Of a DNA stretch of 64,000 bases, positions 38,132-47,845 are shown piece after piece (positions within the stretch are counted from its first letter, which is position 1; each line of letters opens with the position of its first letter). Under the pieces are notes generated by a model that did not search any database, was not told the origin of the DNA, and saw only the letters and a program-made list of their open reading frames with translations. A program made the position numbers and the translations under genes. The DNA is from Myxococcales bacterium (GTDB lineage: Bacteria; Myxococcota_A; Polyangia; Polyangiales; DASUME01), in NCBI GenBank assembly GCA_047601445.1, contig JASGJH010000001.1, positions 7,072,001 through 7,136,000 on the forward strand, given 5' to 3'.

Positions 38132-39253
38132 GTGGGACATCTGGTACCAGCCCGTGTCGACGTCGCCGTGATCGGAGCAGGCGTGATCGGCCTTGCCGTG
38201 GCCCGTGAGTTCGCGCTGCGTGGTCGCGAGGTGGTGGTGCTGGAGGCCGAGCGTAGCTTCGGGCAGCACACCAGCTCGCGCAACTCCGAGGTGATCCATG
38301 CAGGGCTCTACTATCCTGGCGGCTCGCTCAAGGCTCGACTGTGCGTGCGCGGCAAGCATGCTCTGTACGCGTTCTGCGAGCGGCACGCGGTGGCGCACCG
38401 GCGGGTCGGCAAGCTGATCGTAGCCACCGCCGAGGAAGAGCTGCCCGCCCTCGAGCGCATTCGCGAACAGGCCGCGCGCAACGGTGTGTCCGATTTGGTG
38501 AGCTTGAGTGCGGCCGACGTGCGTGAGCTCGAGCCCGCACTGAGTGCACTCGGCGGGCTGTGGTCTCCCAGTACGGGCATCGTCGATAGTCACGGTGTGA
38601 TGGGGGCGCTCAAGCGCGACCTCGAGGACCACGGTGGCAGCGTGGCTTTCGGGTGCGCCATGACTTCCGGGCAGGTCTTGACCTCGGGCGGTTTCGAGCT
38701 CGCGTTCGAACGCCAGCCTCCGCTCTCGTGCAGCGTGCTCATCAACGCGGCCGGTCTGTTCGCGTCACGCGTGGCGCGCAGCATCGTCGGACTCCAGCGC
38801 GAGCAGGTGCCAGAGACCTACTACGCCAAGGGACACTACTTCACGCTGCGTGGTCCGAGTCCATTCTCGCACCTGGTGTACCCGGTGCCCGTCGCCCACG
38901 GTCTCGGCACGCACGTAACATTGGACCTCGCCGGCCGTGCTCGTTTCGGTCCCGACGTCTCGTGGCTCGCGGACGTGGACTACAGCTTCGACGAGGAGCG
39001 CGCGCGCAGTTTCTACCCTTCGATTCGACGTTACTATCCGGCACTTGCCGACGGCGCCCTCGTGCCGGCGTACACGGGCATCCGTCCCAAGCTCGGACCA
39101 GCCGGTTCCCCGGCGAGCGACTTCGTCTTGCAGGGCGCGCGCGAGCACGGCGTGTCGGGGCTCGTGAATCTCTTCGGCATCGAGTCGCCCGGGCTCACTG
39201 CGTCGCTCGCGCTGGCCGAAGAGGTGGCCGCGCTGATTCCGCCGGTCACCTAG
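38132..39253 (+). CDS. FAD-dependent oxidoreductase, L-2-hydroxyglutarate oxidase-like
   Basis: IGAGVIG, TSSRNSEVIHAGLYY, GIRPK, NLFGIESPGLT. Confidence 0.9.
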   Translation: MGHLVPARVDVAVIGAGVIGLAVAREFALRGREVVVLEAERSFGQHTSSRNSEVIHAGLYYPGGSLKARLCVRGKHALYAFCERHAVAHRRVGKLIVATAEEELPALERIREQAARNGVSDLVSLSAADVRELEPALSALGGLWSPSTGIVDSHGVMGALKRDLEDHGGSVAFGCAMTSGQVLTSGGFELAFERQPPLSCSVLINAAGLFASRVARSIVGLQREQVPETYYAKGHYFTLRGPSPFSHLVYPVPVAHGLGTHVTLDLAGRARFGPDVSWLADVDYSFDEERARSFYPSIRRYYPALADGALVPAYTGIRPKLGPAGSPASDFVLQGAREHGVSGLVNLFGIESPGLTASLALAEEVAALIPPVT

Positions 39254-39259
39254 ATAGCG

Positions 39260-39688
39260 CTATTCGCGCGGCTTGTTGCGTGTGAGCTTCTCGGTGGTCC
39301 GACCGTCTGCAGTTTGCGCGTTCGTCTCGCCGCTGCGACCACTCTCGAGCAGCGCTTGCGCGAAGCCGGCCGAGGGCGGGATGGTGATGGACTGCTGCGG
39401 CTGACTCGCTGGTGCCGTCGGAGGTGTCGACGCGCGTGGCGGCGCCTCGGAGCCCACCACCTCGATCAATCCGAGTGCGATCAGGGCGCGCACGCGGCGC
39501 GCCGTCTCGTCGCGTGAACAGGGAGAAATGTCCGTCAGTTCGGCCGGCGTTAGCGCGCTATCCAGGCGCGACACCAGGAACATGTCCAGGGAGTCCAGTT
39601 GGTAGTTCTGCAGGCCCGCGACGCCTGCCCGCGTGCGCAACCTCATGGCCACTGCCCTGGCTCGGAGCAGCCGCCTGACAGCGGGCAT
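39260..39688 (-). CDS. Hypothetical protein with small winged-helix-like module
   Basis: LDSLDMFLVSRLDSALTPAELTDISP..ETARRVRALIALGLI resembles modules common in myxobacterial proteins; start uncertain. Confidence 0.55.
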   Translation of the reverse strand: MPAVRRLLRARAVAMRLRTRAGVAGLQNYQLDSLDMFLVSRLDSALTPAELTDISPCSRDETARRVRALIALGLIEVVGSEAPPRASTPPTAPASQPQQSITIPPSAGFAQALLESGRSGETNAQTADGRTTEKLTRNKPRE

Positions 39689-39975
39689 CCGCCGAGAGCT
39701 GGTCTGACCACCGCGCGCGCCACCCTGTTTTTCTGGAACGGGTCCACATGAGCTGCAATGCAGTTCACGCCCGGAATTCCGGAAAAAATGTTGTTCGCAG
39801 CGCACAAGCCCCGTGGTTTGACCCATGAGGGCTCGTATTACATGCCTCTTCGAGTCAGTGCGTGCGCGCAGCTTGCCCCGCGAGTCGCTCGTGGCTTGGC
39901 GTCGCGAACCCGTTCGCCTCGTGGACTTGCTTCGCCAAGGCGCTTGCGCCTTGGGTCGGATTCATGGCGTCGGGT

Positions 39976-40608
39976 TCAATCTTCGCGCTCACGAACGGTG
40001 TTCGAGGCGGCCGGCGAGGTCGGCTTCGTGCTCGCCGCAAGCAGCACGGTCGCCTTCGGCGCAGAGGCCTTGCTCAACTTGGACACGCTGCTGCTAGGCG
40101 CGCGTAGGCCGTAAAAGATGTTGCGCGTGTAGCCGCAGCTCACGGGTCGCATGCCGGCGGCTGGACGATCCATGGCGCCGCCCCAATGCATGGCGCCGGG
40201 GCACGGGTCCCTGAGCTTGCCCTGACTGAAGCGCTCCACCAGGGCGCGTACCTGATCCCAGCGCTGGGCGTAAGGACCTTCGATGGGACCCCATGGAAGC
40301 GAACGCAGCCATGCGGAGCGCGCGCCGAGGTCTCGACGCAGCGGGGAAGAGTAGAGCGCGATGTACTGCTGGAAGGTGGCTTCCGGATGATGCGTACGGT
40401 AGATGGGCCAGCGCTTGGCCAACACGAACGCGATCGCAACGTGGTCGGGCGCATGCCAGTCGGCTTCTCCCACCATGGCGCGAGCGAGCGTGAGTTTCGT
40501 GGGGTCGTCGAGTTCTTCACCGACATCAAGGAAGGGTCGCGCAGAGGCCTGCGCCGTGACCATCAGGGACAGTGCTGCCAGGAACAGCGAAATGAGTGTG
40601 CGTCTCAT
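39976..40608 (-). CDS. Secreted protein, possible SleB/Hydrolase_2-like cell-wall hydrolase
   Basis: Signal peptide (AQASA); LARAMVGEA..VAIAFVLAKR and DPCPGAMHW. Confidence 0.6.
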   Translation of the reverse strand: MRRTLISLFLAALSLMVTAQASARPFLDVGEELDDPTKLTLARAMVGEADWHAPDHVAIAFVLAKRWPIYRTHHPEATFQQYIALYSSPLRRDLGARSAWLRSLPWGPIEGPYAQRWDQVRALVERFSQGKLRDPCPGAMHWGGAMDRPAAGMRPVSCGYTRNIFYGLRAPSSSVSKLSKASAPKATVLLAASTKPTSPAASNTVRERED

Positions 40609-40893
40609 TCGCATCTGCTTGTGCAGATACCGGGCCGCCGAAACAAAACTCACATGGTGGAGCCGAATGGCGACGGTGCCTGGTTCGGGCGATCGTCCCC
40701 TGCAACCCGGCTGGCGGCCCGAGATTGCGCGGTTTTGAGCTCCCCTAACTCAAGACTTGGCAACACTGCTCGTCGCCCACTGCGGCACGCACTCACAGTT
40801 TACAGAACAGCGCGAAGAGCGAGGCGTTTTTCCACTTTTGAGGCGGGCCGCCACCGCCAATCGAGCCGCGTGTGTCGCGCTTACCAGGGGCGC

Positions 40894-41403
40894 TCAAGCT
40901 TCGCGGTAGGGCATGGGACCGAGGTAGTCCTTCTTCCCGACGTCGATGCCGTTGTGCCGCAAAATGGAGTAGGCCGTGGTGACGTGGAAGTAGAAGTTCG
41001 GCACCATGTGCTGAAGCGCGAACTCCTGGCCGCTGAGGGTCTTGCCGGCCCAGCGCGGCTGCGTGATGCGGCGCTCTGCGGCGCCCGCGAAGTCGCTGGG
41101 GCCCAAGGTGGCGAGATATTCGAGCGTCTTGGCGATACGCGCCTTGGCATCGGACAGCGTCTTTTCGTTGTCTTCGTGGACCGGCGGTTCCTTGCCCGTC
41201 AGGCGCGCGGCCCCGGCTTTGGCCGTGTCACAGGCGATCTGGATCTGCCTCATCAGCGCGAACTGATCGGGCGCCAGGCGCGACTGCAGCAGCACTTCGG
41301 GCTCGTATTTCTTCGATTCTGCGTGGACCTGAGCCTTGTCGAGGATGGCGCTCAGGTTGTGCAACATCTTGGTGAACTGGGTAATGGTGATGTCGTGGAG
41401 CAT
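40894..41403 (-). CDS. DUF1993 family protein
   Basis: RLAPDQF, QIQIACD, PNFYFHVTTAYSILRHNGIDVGKKDYLG. Confidence 0.92.
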   Translation of the reverse strand: MLHDITITQFTKMLHNLSAILDKAQVHAESKKYEPEVLLQSRLAPDQFALMRQIQIACDTAKAGAARLTGKEPPVHEDNEKTLSDAKARIAKTLEYLATLGPSDFAGAAERRITQPRWAGKTLSGQEFALQHMVPNFYFHVTTAYSILRHNGIDVGKKDYLGPMPYREA

Positions 41404-41419
41404 GGGCCCAAGTCATAGA

Positions 41420-41463
41420 GGCCAGCCTTGCCTTCAGCAAGGCTGGCCCGTGCTCGTGCCCGC
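41420..41463. terminator. Hairpin plus family B repeat between the Cys-rich gene and DUF1993
   Basis: GGCCAGCCTTGC-CTTCA-GCAAGGCTGGCC stem, then CCCGTGCTCGTGCCCGC; no U-tract. Confidence 0.45.
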
Positions 41464-41471
41464 CCCCGGCC

Positions 41472-42398
41472 TTAGCGCCGCGTCTTCGCGCGGCGACGCC
41501 CGATGCGCATGGCCGCGACGCTGCCCAGCACCAGGAGGGCCGGTAGGCCGGCTCCGCCGTCGAGGCCTGCTGCCGACACGCTGCACATGTCCTTCGACTT
41601 CTTCTTGGTCTTCTGCGCACCGTCTTCAGCCGCGTCGCCAGTCTCGTCGGCCACGTCGTGCGCCGTATCGGTGACCGTATCGACGGCGGCGTGTACGTTG
41701 ATGTCGAAGTTGAACTTGGCCTTGAGATCAGCAGCACAGTCCTTCGCGTTCGCGGCATTCACGAACTGCCCGTCGCAGAAGATGGCGCCACCATCGTCTT
41801 CGCACTTGGTGTTGCAGGTGGTCACCAGCTCGGTCTCGCACTCCTGATAGGTTTGGGTCTGGCAGTCCTGCTGGCACTGCACGTTGGCCTGGGCCGTACA
41901 CGAGCCGCCGCAGGCCGTGGTGCACGATTCACCGCATTGCGCTGGCTCCATGACGTCGGGGGCGTCTTCGCACTTGCGCTCGCAGCGCGCTTCGCAGTTG
42001 TGCATGCAACAGCCCTGAACGCGCCCGGTCTCGTCGTCCGTACAGGACTTCTTGCAGTCGGCGTCGCAGAGCTCCTCGCAGCTCGGCGTGTCCATGGCTG
42101 CCTGCGCGTCGCAGTCGGTGGTGCAGCTTTGCGTGCAACCCGCTTCGCACTCGGTGCTGGCGCTGGCCGTGCACTGGTTCTCGCAGCTGGTGTAGATCTT
42201 CGCCACGCACGCGGTCACCACCTTCTCGGTGGTGCACTCGGTCTTGCATTCTTCCTTCTCGCGCCACTCACACTTCGCATCGCCGGTCAGGAAGATGTTG
42301 CCGCAGGCGGTCTCTTCTGCGCGAGCTACTTGAGGACCCGCGAGCCAGGTCAACGATCCGAGCGCAGGGACTACCAAGAACGTTCGAGCAATACGCAT
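41472..42398 (-). CDS. Cys-rich (CxxxC repeat) exported protein with MYXO-CTERM-like sorting tail
   Basis: Signal peptide (VARA); periodic CxxxC; C-terminal CSVS-linker-hydrophobic helix-RRRAKTRR. Confidence 0.85.
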   Translation of the reverse strand: MRIARTFLVVPALGSLTWLAGPQVARAEETACGNIFLTGDAKCEWREKEECKTECTTEKVVTACVAKIYTSCENQCTASASTECEAGCTQSCTTDCDAQAAMDTPSCEELCDADCKKSCTDDETGRVQGCCMHNCEARCERKCEDAPDVMEPAQCGESCTTACGGSCTAQANVQCQQDCQTQTYQECETELVTTCNTKCEDDGGAIFCDGQFVNAANAKDCAADLKAKFNFDINVHAAVDTVTDTAHDVADETGDAAEDGAQKTKKKSKDMCSVSAAGLDGGAGLPALLVLGSVAAMRIGRRRAKTRR

Positions 42399-42446
42399 GA
42401 AGGCTCCTCGCGCGAGGTGTTAAAGGTCGCGCCTTCTCCCCCGCAC

Positions 42447-42463
42447 AGCACGTTACGTGCCCA
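42447..42463 (-). promoter_or_regulatory. sigma54 promoter for the Cys-rich gene
   Basis: Minus strand GGGCACG-TAAC-GTGCT, same variant as 4991-5006, about 50 bp upstream of ATG 42398. Confidence 0.6.
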
Positions 42464-42571
42464 GGCGGTAACGGCAGGAGTCACGCTCCAAAAATCCAGC
42501 CGACCTGCGTTTTTGCCGGGTTTTTCTGAACAGGACTGCCCCAGTCTGTGGCGTCGAACACTCGCGCAGTA

Positions 42572-42829
42572 CTAGCGGCCGACGAGCTTTCGCGAGTACT
42601 CCAGCATCGAAGGTTCGCTCTTCGCGAGACCCGGAATGGTCTCTCCGCGAAAAGGCGTCCAGTTCATGCCCCGGGCCTGCTCCTCGTTGTTGGCGATCAC
42701 GTTGGCCTCGCGCTGCGTGCAGCCGCCGTCGATCACGCAAATGGCCACGCGCTCCAGATAGGACGCTGGAACCCACCCAATTTCGTCATAGCTGCCTTCC
42801 CAGTTCTCGTCCGGCCCCCGCCTGCGCAT
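42572..42829 (-). CDS. Small hypothetical protein
   Basis: Protein-like composition; YLERVAICVIDGGCTQREA motif. Confidence 0.45.
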   Translation of the reverse strand: MRRRGPDENWEGSYDEIGWVPASYLERVAICVIDGGCTQREANVIANNEEQARGMNWTPFRGETIPGLAKSEPSMLEYSRKLVGR

Positions 42830-43001
42830 CGCACGGATCTGGATCGCCCGCGCTCGCCAGCAACGCGGGCTGTGCGCGCAATCACGAGCCCGAGTTGACA
42901 GCACCCGCATGCAGCAAGCGCAGGCAATTCATGACTTCACGTGGACCGGCCCAAGCCCGAGTCGCACGTAGATCGCACATCGAAGCCGGCTGCGATCGCG
43001 C

Positions 43002-44120
43002 TCAAGCTCCGCGATGCTGCAGCTTGCCTCGGATCCACTCGGCCGGCACGGGCCTGTGATGCGGCGCCATCGGGGGCCTGGGCGGCCTTTGCTTGGCGCG
43101 GCGGCGCTCGAGCACATCTTGCAGTACCACCTGAATCGCGGCCGCCGTGGGCAACGAAAGCAGCGCGCCGAAGATGCCCGCCAGCCCCGTGCCGATCAGC
43201 ATCACGATGATGATCAAGAGCGGGTTCATCTGAATGGTCTTGCGCTGCACCACCGGCTGCAGCAGGTGATTCTCGCACTGCTGGTAGAGCAGGAAGACGC
43301 CCAGCGCGATGAAGCCGGCCTTGGCGCCCACCGTGAGGAAGGTGGTGCCCACCACCAGCGTGCCACCCAGGATCGCTCCGATGAACGGCACCACGCCCAG
43401 CAAGATCATGGTGAAACCGAGCGGCAGGAAGTAAGGCACCCCCAGTACCGCCAGCGTGGTGCCCGCCACGAACCCACCGAGGCACGCGATCATCAAGGTG
43501 CCGATCACGTAGCGGCCCACCGCGAGCCGAATCTTCCCCGCCAACATCACGTAGCGCTCGCGCTCGCCTGGCGGGATCCACTCCAGCGCGGCGCCGAAGA
43601 GTGGGCGACCCGCCACCAGCATGAACACGGTGAGCACGACGGTGGTGATCATGCCGAACACGCCGCTGAAAACGCCCTGCACCATCTTGAGCAAGGGCGG
43701 GGCGGCGGCGCGGGCGTAGTTACTCCACTCCGAGCCGATGGGATCGAGCACGTGGAGCTTGGCGTTGGCCCACTTGAACGAGGGGTTCTCGCGGACCTGG
43801 TCGATGAGCCCGGGCGCGGACTCGATCAAGTTGTGTCCCTGGTGCACGAGCACAGGAACCACCGTGGAGAACAGCACCGCGATGAAGCCCACCAGCGTCA
43901 GGACGATGGCGCCGACGGCGATTCCGCGCTTGAAGCCGTGGCGCTCCAAAAAGAGCACGGCCGGATCCAGCGCCAGCGCGAACAACAGCGCGATCAGCAT
44001 CCAGGCCACGATTTCTCGGGTCTGATAGAGCGTGAACAGGATGCCGGCGATGGCGAGGATGTTGAGTCCTACGGTCCAGACCAACTTGCCGATGCCGTCT
44101 TGCTTCACGCGCACTGCCAC
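43002..44120 (-). CDS. AI-2E family transporter
   Basis: Multiple TM helices; VPFIGA, YQQCENHLLQP, GIFGALLSLP. Confidence 0.92.
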   Translation of the reverse strand: MAVRVKQDGIGKLVWTVGLNILAIAGILFTLYQTREIVAWMLIALLFALALDPAVLFLERHGFKRGIAVGAIVLTLVGFIAVLFSTVVPVLVHQGHNLIESAPGLIDQVRENPSFKWANAKLHVLDPIGSEWSNYARAAAPPLLKMVQGVFSGVFGMITTVVLTVFMLVAGRPLFGAALEWIPPGERERYVMLAGKIRLAVGRYVIGTLMIACLGGFVAGTTLAVLGVPYFLPLGFTMILLGVVPFIGAILGGTLVVGTTFLTVGAKAGFIALGVFLLYQQCENHLLQPVVQRKTIQMNPLLIIIVMLIGTGLAGIFGALLSLPTAAAIQVVLQDVLERRRAKQRPPRPPMAPHHRPVPAEWIRGKLQHRGA

Positions 44121-44174
44121 GGGCAGCAGGTAAGCGCAGCCCGCGGGCCTGAAAGTAAGCGACGCTCCGGGCCG

Positions 44175-46244
44175 CTACCCTACCGAGCGTTCCCGTTCGC
44201 GCTCTATGCCCACGGCCACCACGCAGTCACGCCCGCGGCCCTTGGCCAGGTACAGGCCTTCGTCCGCTTCGGCGATCAGCGCCTCGCAGGTGGTGGTTCC
44301 GTAGCCTGGATAGGCAGCCACGCCGAAGGACGCCGTGACGGCGCCCAGCGCGCGCCCCTGGACCTCCACGTACACGGAGGACAGCCCGCGCCGCAGCTTC
44401 TCGGCGCGCTCCAGGGCCGCGTCCGGCGTGAGCTCCGGCATGATCAGGGCGAACTCTTCTCCGCCGTAGCGACACACGATGTCTTCGCGCCGCACGCTGC
44501 TGGCCAGGTAGCGCGCCACCTGCCGCAGTACGTCGTCGCCGGCTGCGTGGCCGTGGGTGTCGTTGATGCGCTTGAAGAAGTCGATGTCCACCATGAGCAC
44601 GGAGAGCGGCGCGCCCTTGCGGGTGGCCCGCGAGAGCTCGCGCGAGAACATGTCGTCGAGGTAGCGGCGGTTGAAGAGCCCGGTCAGTGGGTCGCGCACG
44701 GCCTGGTTCTGCAGATGCTCGCGCAGTTTGAGATTCGTCAACGCCAGGCCGACCTGTTCGGTGAATGCATGCAGGAAGTGCCGCCGGTCGCCCTCTTCCA
44801 CGAGTCCGTTCAGCTGCAACAGCCCGAGCACCTCGCCCTGCGCCACGATCGGGATGCAGGTGCGGGGAGCGTCGGTTTCCAGTGTGTGCCGGCAGGCCGG
44901 TGATCCGTGCACGCCGCCGATGTAGCTGCGCAGCGTGCGCAGACCGCAGCAATCGCCTGGCGGAAAGCTATTGCGCGCCTGGGTCTCGCCCCATTGCCCC
45001 GCGTTCTCGATGCGACTTTGGACCGGATCGAACAGTCCGAGCTCCCCGCCCACGCCGAACAGGCGCCGGGCGAACTCGCCGATCACGCGGCAAGTCTCCT
45101 CGCGCCCCTGGGCAGCATGCAGCTGGGCGGCCAGCTCGGCCATCGCGACCAGGCCGGCGGTCTGGCTCTCGAGTCGCGCGATGATCTCGCCGCGCTCCGT
45201 GTTTTGCGCCGCCACCCGAGCTTCGTTCTGCTTGCGCTCGGTGATATCGCGGGAGATGGCGATGATGCCCGCCACCTCGCCCTCCGCGTTGCGGTAGGGC
45301 CCCTTGGTGGAGAGGAAGGTCCACTGGCGCTCGTCGTCGATGCGTACGTTCTGCTCGAACGTCTTCACCTGCGCGTTCCTCATGATCTCGCGGTCGGCTG
45401 CCATGATGCCGAGGCCGGTCTCATTGGGGATCAGCTCGCCGTCGGTGCGACCCAGGATCTCGGACTCGCGGCGGCGGAAGTTCTTGATCACCGCGGGGTT
45501 CACCAGCAAGTAGCGCCCGTCCATGTCCTTCACCGCGACCGCGTCGCTGGTGCCGTCGAGCACGCCCTTCACGATCGCATTGGAGCGCTGCAGGTCCGTC
45601 TGGGACTTGATGCGGTGTCGGTTCTCCACCACCAGGGAGAAGTAGAAGAAGGCGAGCAGGCCCATGCTCAAGAGACCCCCGTAGAGGATCAATCCCTGGG
45701 TCAGCTCGGCCCCAAGCGCGGCGCGTTGGTCGCGCTGATCGAGCAGCACCAGCTCTCGCTCGCGCAGCACGTCGAAGTTGGCGGTGATCAGCTTGCTCAG
45801 CTCGGTGCCGCGCAGCTGGCGCGTGCGCTGCTCGTTGCGCGTGGCGGAATCGAGGTACTCCCACTCCGGCAGTTCGATGCCGTCGAAGATGACGTCCACC
45901 CGTTGCTTCACCAGCGGGCGTAGCTTGGTGATCGCCTTCTGCTGGTCGCGGTTGTCACGTGTCAGGTTCTGAATCGTGTCGAGTCCCACGAAGGTCGCGC
46001 GGATCTGCTGGTTCATCCGGTCGAAGTCGGCGCGGTCGTGGGACAGCCGGAACGTGCGGCGCAGCGACTCCGCGGCGAGGATCGACGCTTGCGCGCGTTC
46101 GATGTGCTCGATCACGGTATGCGTGTGGTGCCGCCACTGCAGCGCGTCGCGGGTGCGTCGCAGACTGCCAAAGGTCACGGCCGCCACGGTGGCCAACGCG
46201 ATGAGTGCGGCTGGAAAGCCAAACCTACGGATGTTGCGGATCAT
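44175..46244 (-). CDS. Membrane diguanylate cyclase (CHASE3-PAS-GAF-GGDEF)
   Basis: Two TMs flanking a CHASE3-like region, PAS (SRDITERK), RDPLTGLFNRR, DIDFFKRINDTHGHAAGD, RREDIVCRYGGEEF; start uncertain (46244 or 46319). Confidence 0.93.
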   Translation of the reverse strand: MIRNIRRFGFPAALIALATVAAVTFGSLRRTRDALQWRHHTHTVIEHIERAQASILAAESLRRTFRLSHDRADFDRMNQQIRATFVGLDTIQNLTRDNRDQQKAITKLRPLVKQRVDVIFDGIELPEWEYLDSATRNEQRTRQLRGTELSKLITANFDVLRERELVLLDQRDQRAALGAELTQGLILYGGLLSMGLLAFFYFSLVVENRHRIKSQTDLQRSNAIVKGVLDGTSDAVAVKDMDGRYLLVNPAVIKNFRRRESEILGRTDGELIPNETGLGIMAADREIMRNAQVKTFEQNVRIDDERQWTFLSTKGPYRNAEGEVAGIIAISRDITERKQNEARVAAQNTERGEIIARLESQTAGLVAMAELAAQLHAAQGREETCRVIGEFARRLFGVGGELGLFDPVQSRIENAGQWGETQARNSFPPGDCCGLRTLRSYIGGVHGSPACRHTLETDAPRTCIPIVAQGEVLGLLQLNGLVEEGDRRHFLHAFTEQVGLALTNLKLREHLQNQAVRDPLTGLFNRRYLDDMFSRELSRATRKGAPLSVLMVDIDFFKRINDTHGHAAGDDVLRQVARYLASSVRREDIVCRYGGEEFALIMPELTPDAALERAEKLRRGLSSVYVEVQGRALGAVTASFGVAAYPGYGTTTCEALIAEADEGLYLAKGRGRDCVVAVGIERERERSVG

Positions 46245-46404
46245 CCCCAACACCAAGGGTAAGGCGCTTGCGTGCTGGCTGACTAGTGAAGGTTCGTCGA
46301 GCCATACCAGCTCGCACATGTAAGCGGATCGGCGGTCGTTCGAGTGTGCTGTCGTTGTGGCGGGATGCCCCCGAAAATTGAAAGCGGTCTCGCCGTTAGA
46401 GGCC

Positions 46405-47130
46405 CTAAATCTCCACCACCAGCCTGGGCTCGAAGTCAGCGTTCTCCTCGCGCCGGGCGTAGCCATAGGGATTGCACAGCACGCGCGTACTCTCGAACGT
46501 CATGTCCACGGACCCGTGCGTGTGTCCGTGACACCACAGGGCCGGGCGCCGCTGGCGCATCACGTGCTCCATGTCGCTCACGAAGAAGCAGTTGAGCGGG
46601 TGGTCCTGGTACTCCGGGACCACGCAGGCATAGCTCGGCAGGTGATGCGTGATCACCACATCGCCTGGGCCTACTTGCGTCTCGAGGAACTCGCGGGCGC
46701 GCGCGTGCTCGCGGTAGACCCAGCTCCGGTAGTCGGCGATCACGCGAAAGTCATTGAGGTACTGCGCCAAGCGCTGGGTGTCGTCCGTCTCGCGATACCA
46801 GAGCGGCGCACCGTGGAAGCGTCGGCCCTCGATCTCCACTGTCTCGCAGTCGAGGAAGGACACATTGCCCAGGCGTTCGCAGGCCTGGCGGGTGTGGGCC
46901 AGCACCGACTCACGATTCGAGGTGTAGAACTCGTGGTTGCCATGCACGTAGAGCACGCGGGGGTAGCGCTCGCTGAACTGCGTGAGCGCGGGCTCGATGC
47001 CTCCGGCCACCGCGATGTCACCGGCCAGGATCAGTACGTCGACGTCGGGCTCGTAGCAGACCTCGACCAGGCCGCGCCCTGCGTCTCGCTGGAACTCGAA
47101 GTGCAGGTCCGAAAGCAGCTGGATGCGCAC
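46405..47130 (-). CDS. Metallophosphoesterase
   Basis: SDLH, AGDI, GNHE, THH, HGHTH. Confidence 0.92.
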   Translation of the reverse strand: MRIQLLSDLHFEFQRDAGRGLVEVCYEPDVDVLILAGDIAVAGGIEPALTQFSERYPRVLYVHGNHEFYTSNRESVLAHTRQACERLGNVSFLDCETVEIEGRRFHGAPLWYRETDDTQRLAQYLNDFRVIADYRSWVYREHARAREFLETQVGPGDVVITHHLPSYACVVPEYQDHPLNCFFVSDMEHVMRQRRPALWCHGHTHGSVDMTFESTRVLCNPYGYARREENADFEPRLVVEI

Positions 47131-47231
47131 GACGCCACCTCGTGCCCAGCATGCCACAGTCGATGGACGCTGGCGCCCCGAGGCAAGCTGCTCGCCCGGG
47201 CCCTGACGATCCCCTAAGCTGCGCCTCCCAG

Positions 47232-47696
47232 ATGAGCAGCCCGCTGTATCTCCTCGCCACACTCGAGCAATTCGTCGGCAGCGAACTCGGTCTCACCGAC
47301 TTCATGACGATTTCGCAAGAGCGCATTCAGGCCTTCGCCGACTGCACGGAGGATCGGCAGTGGATCCACGTGGACGTCGAGCGAGCCACCCAGGAGGGGC
47401 CCTTCGGCGCGCCGATTGCCCACGGTTTGCTCACGCTCTCGCTGCTGCCGCACTTCACCTCGCAGGTGCAGGTGGTGCCGAGGGACGTGAAGGTGGTGCT
47501 CAACTACGGCTACGGCCGGGTGCGCTTCGTGTCGCCCGTACGCAGCGGGGCGCGCATCCGCGACCGCATCAAGCTCGGCTCGGTGGCGCGCAAGGAAGCT
47601 GGGCGCGTGCTGATCAGCGTGGAACACACGGTAGAAATCGAGCAGCAGGAGAAACCCGCCTTGGTGGCCGAGTCGCTCCTGATGCTGTTGCCCTAG
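47232..47696 (+). CDS. MaoC-family dehydratase
   Basis: FADCTEDRQWIHVD, IAHGLLTLSL, LNYG..VRFVSPV. Confidence 0.92.
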   Translation: MSSPLYLLATLEQFVGSELGLTDFMTISQERIQAFADCTEDRQWIHVDVERATQEGPFGAPIAHGLLTLSLLPHFTSQVQVVPRDVKVVLNYGYGRVRFVSPVRSGARIRDRIKLGSVARKEAGRVLISVEHTVEIEQQEKPALVAESLLMLLP

Positions 47697-47725
47697 GAGA
47701 CAGCTGACCTCGTCAGCCGTCTGCT

Positions 47726-47811
47726 CCCGTGCCCGTGCCCGGCTTTCTCTCTCTGGGGGGGCAGAGGAGAATCGGGCGCGGGCACGGGCGCGCCGGCAAT
47801 GCCGGCTGGCA
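47726..47811. repeat. REP-like hairpin (family B) between convergent genes
   Basis: CCCGTGCCCGTGCCCG...CGGGCGCGGGCACGGG; right part homologous to 62256-62297. Confidence 0.65.
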
Positions 47812-47845
47812 ACGGGAGCAAGGAGCCGACTCTGTCGGCTCCTTG

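Noticed and set aside
40654..40800. Possible c-di-AMP (ydaO) riboswitch upstream of the cell-wall-hydrolase-like gene
   Set aside because: Only CCCGAACC matches; the GCTGAATCC and AGCTAAC elements are missing.
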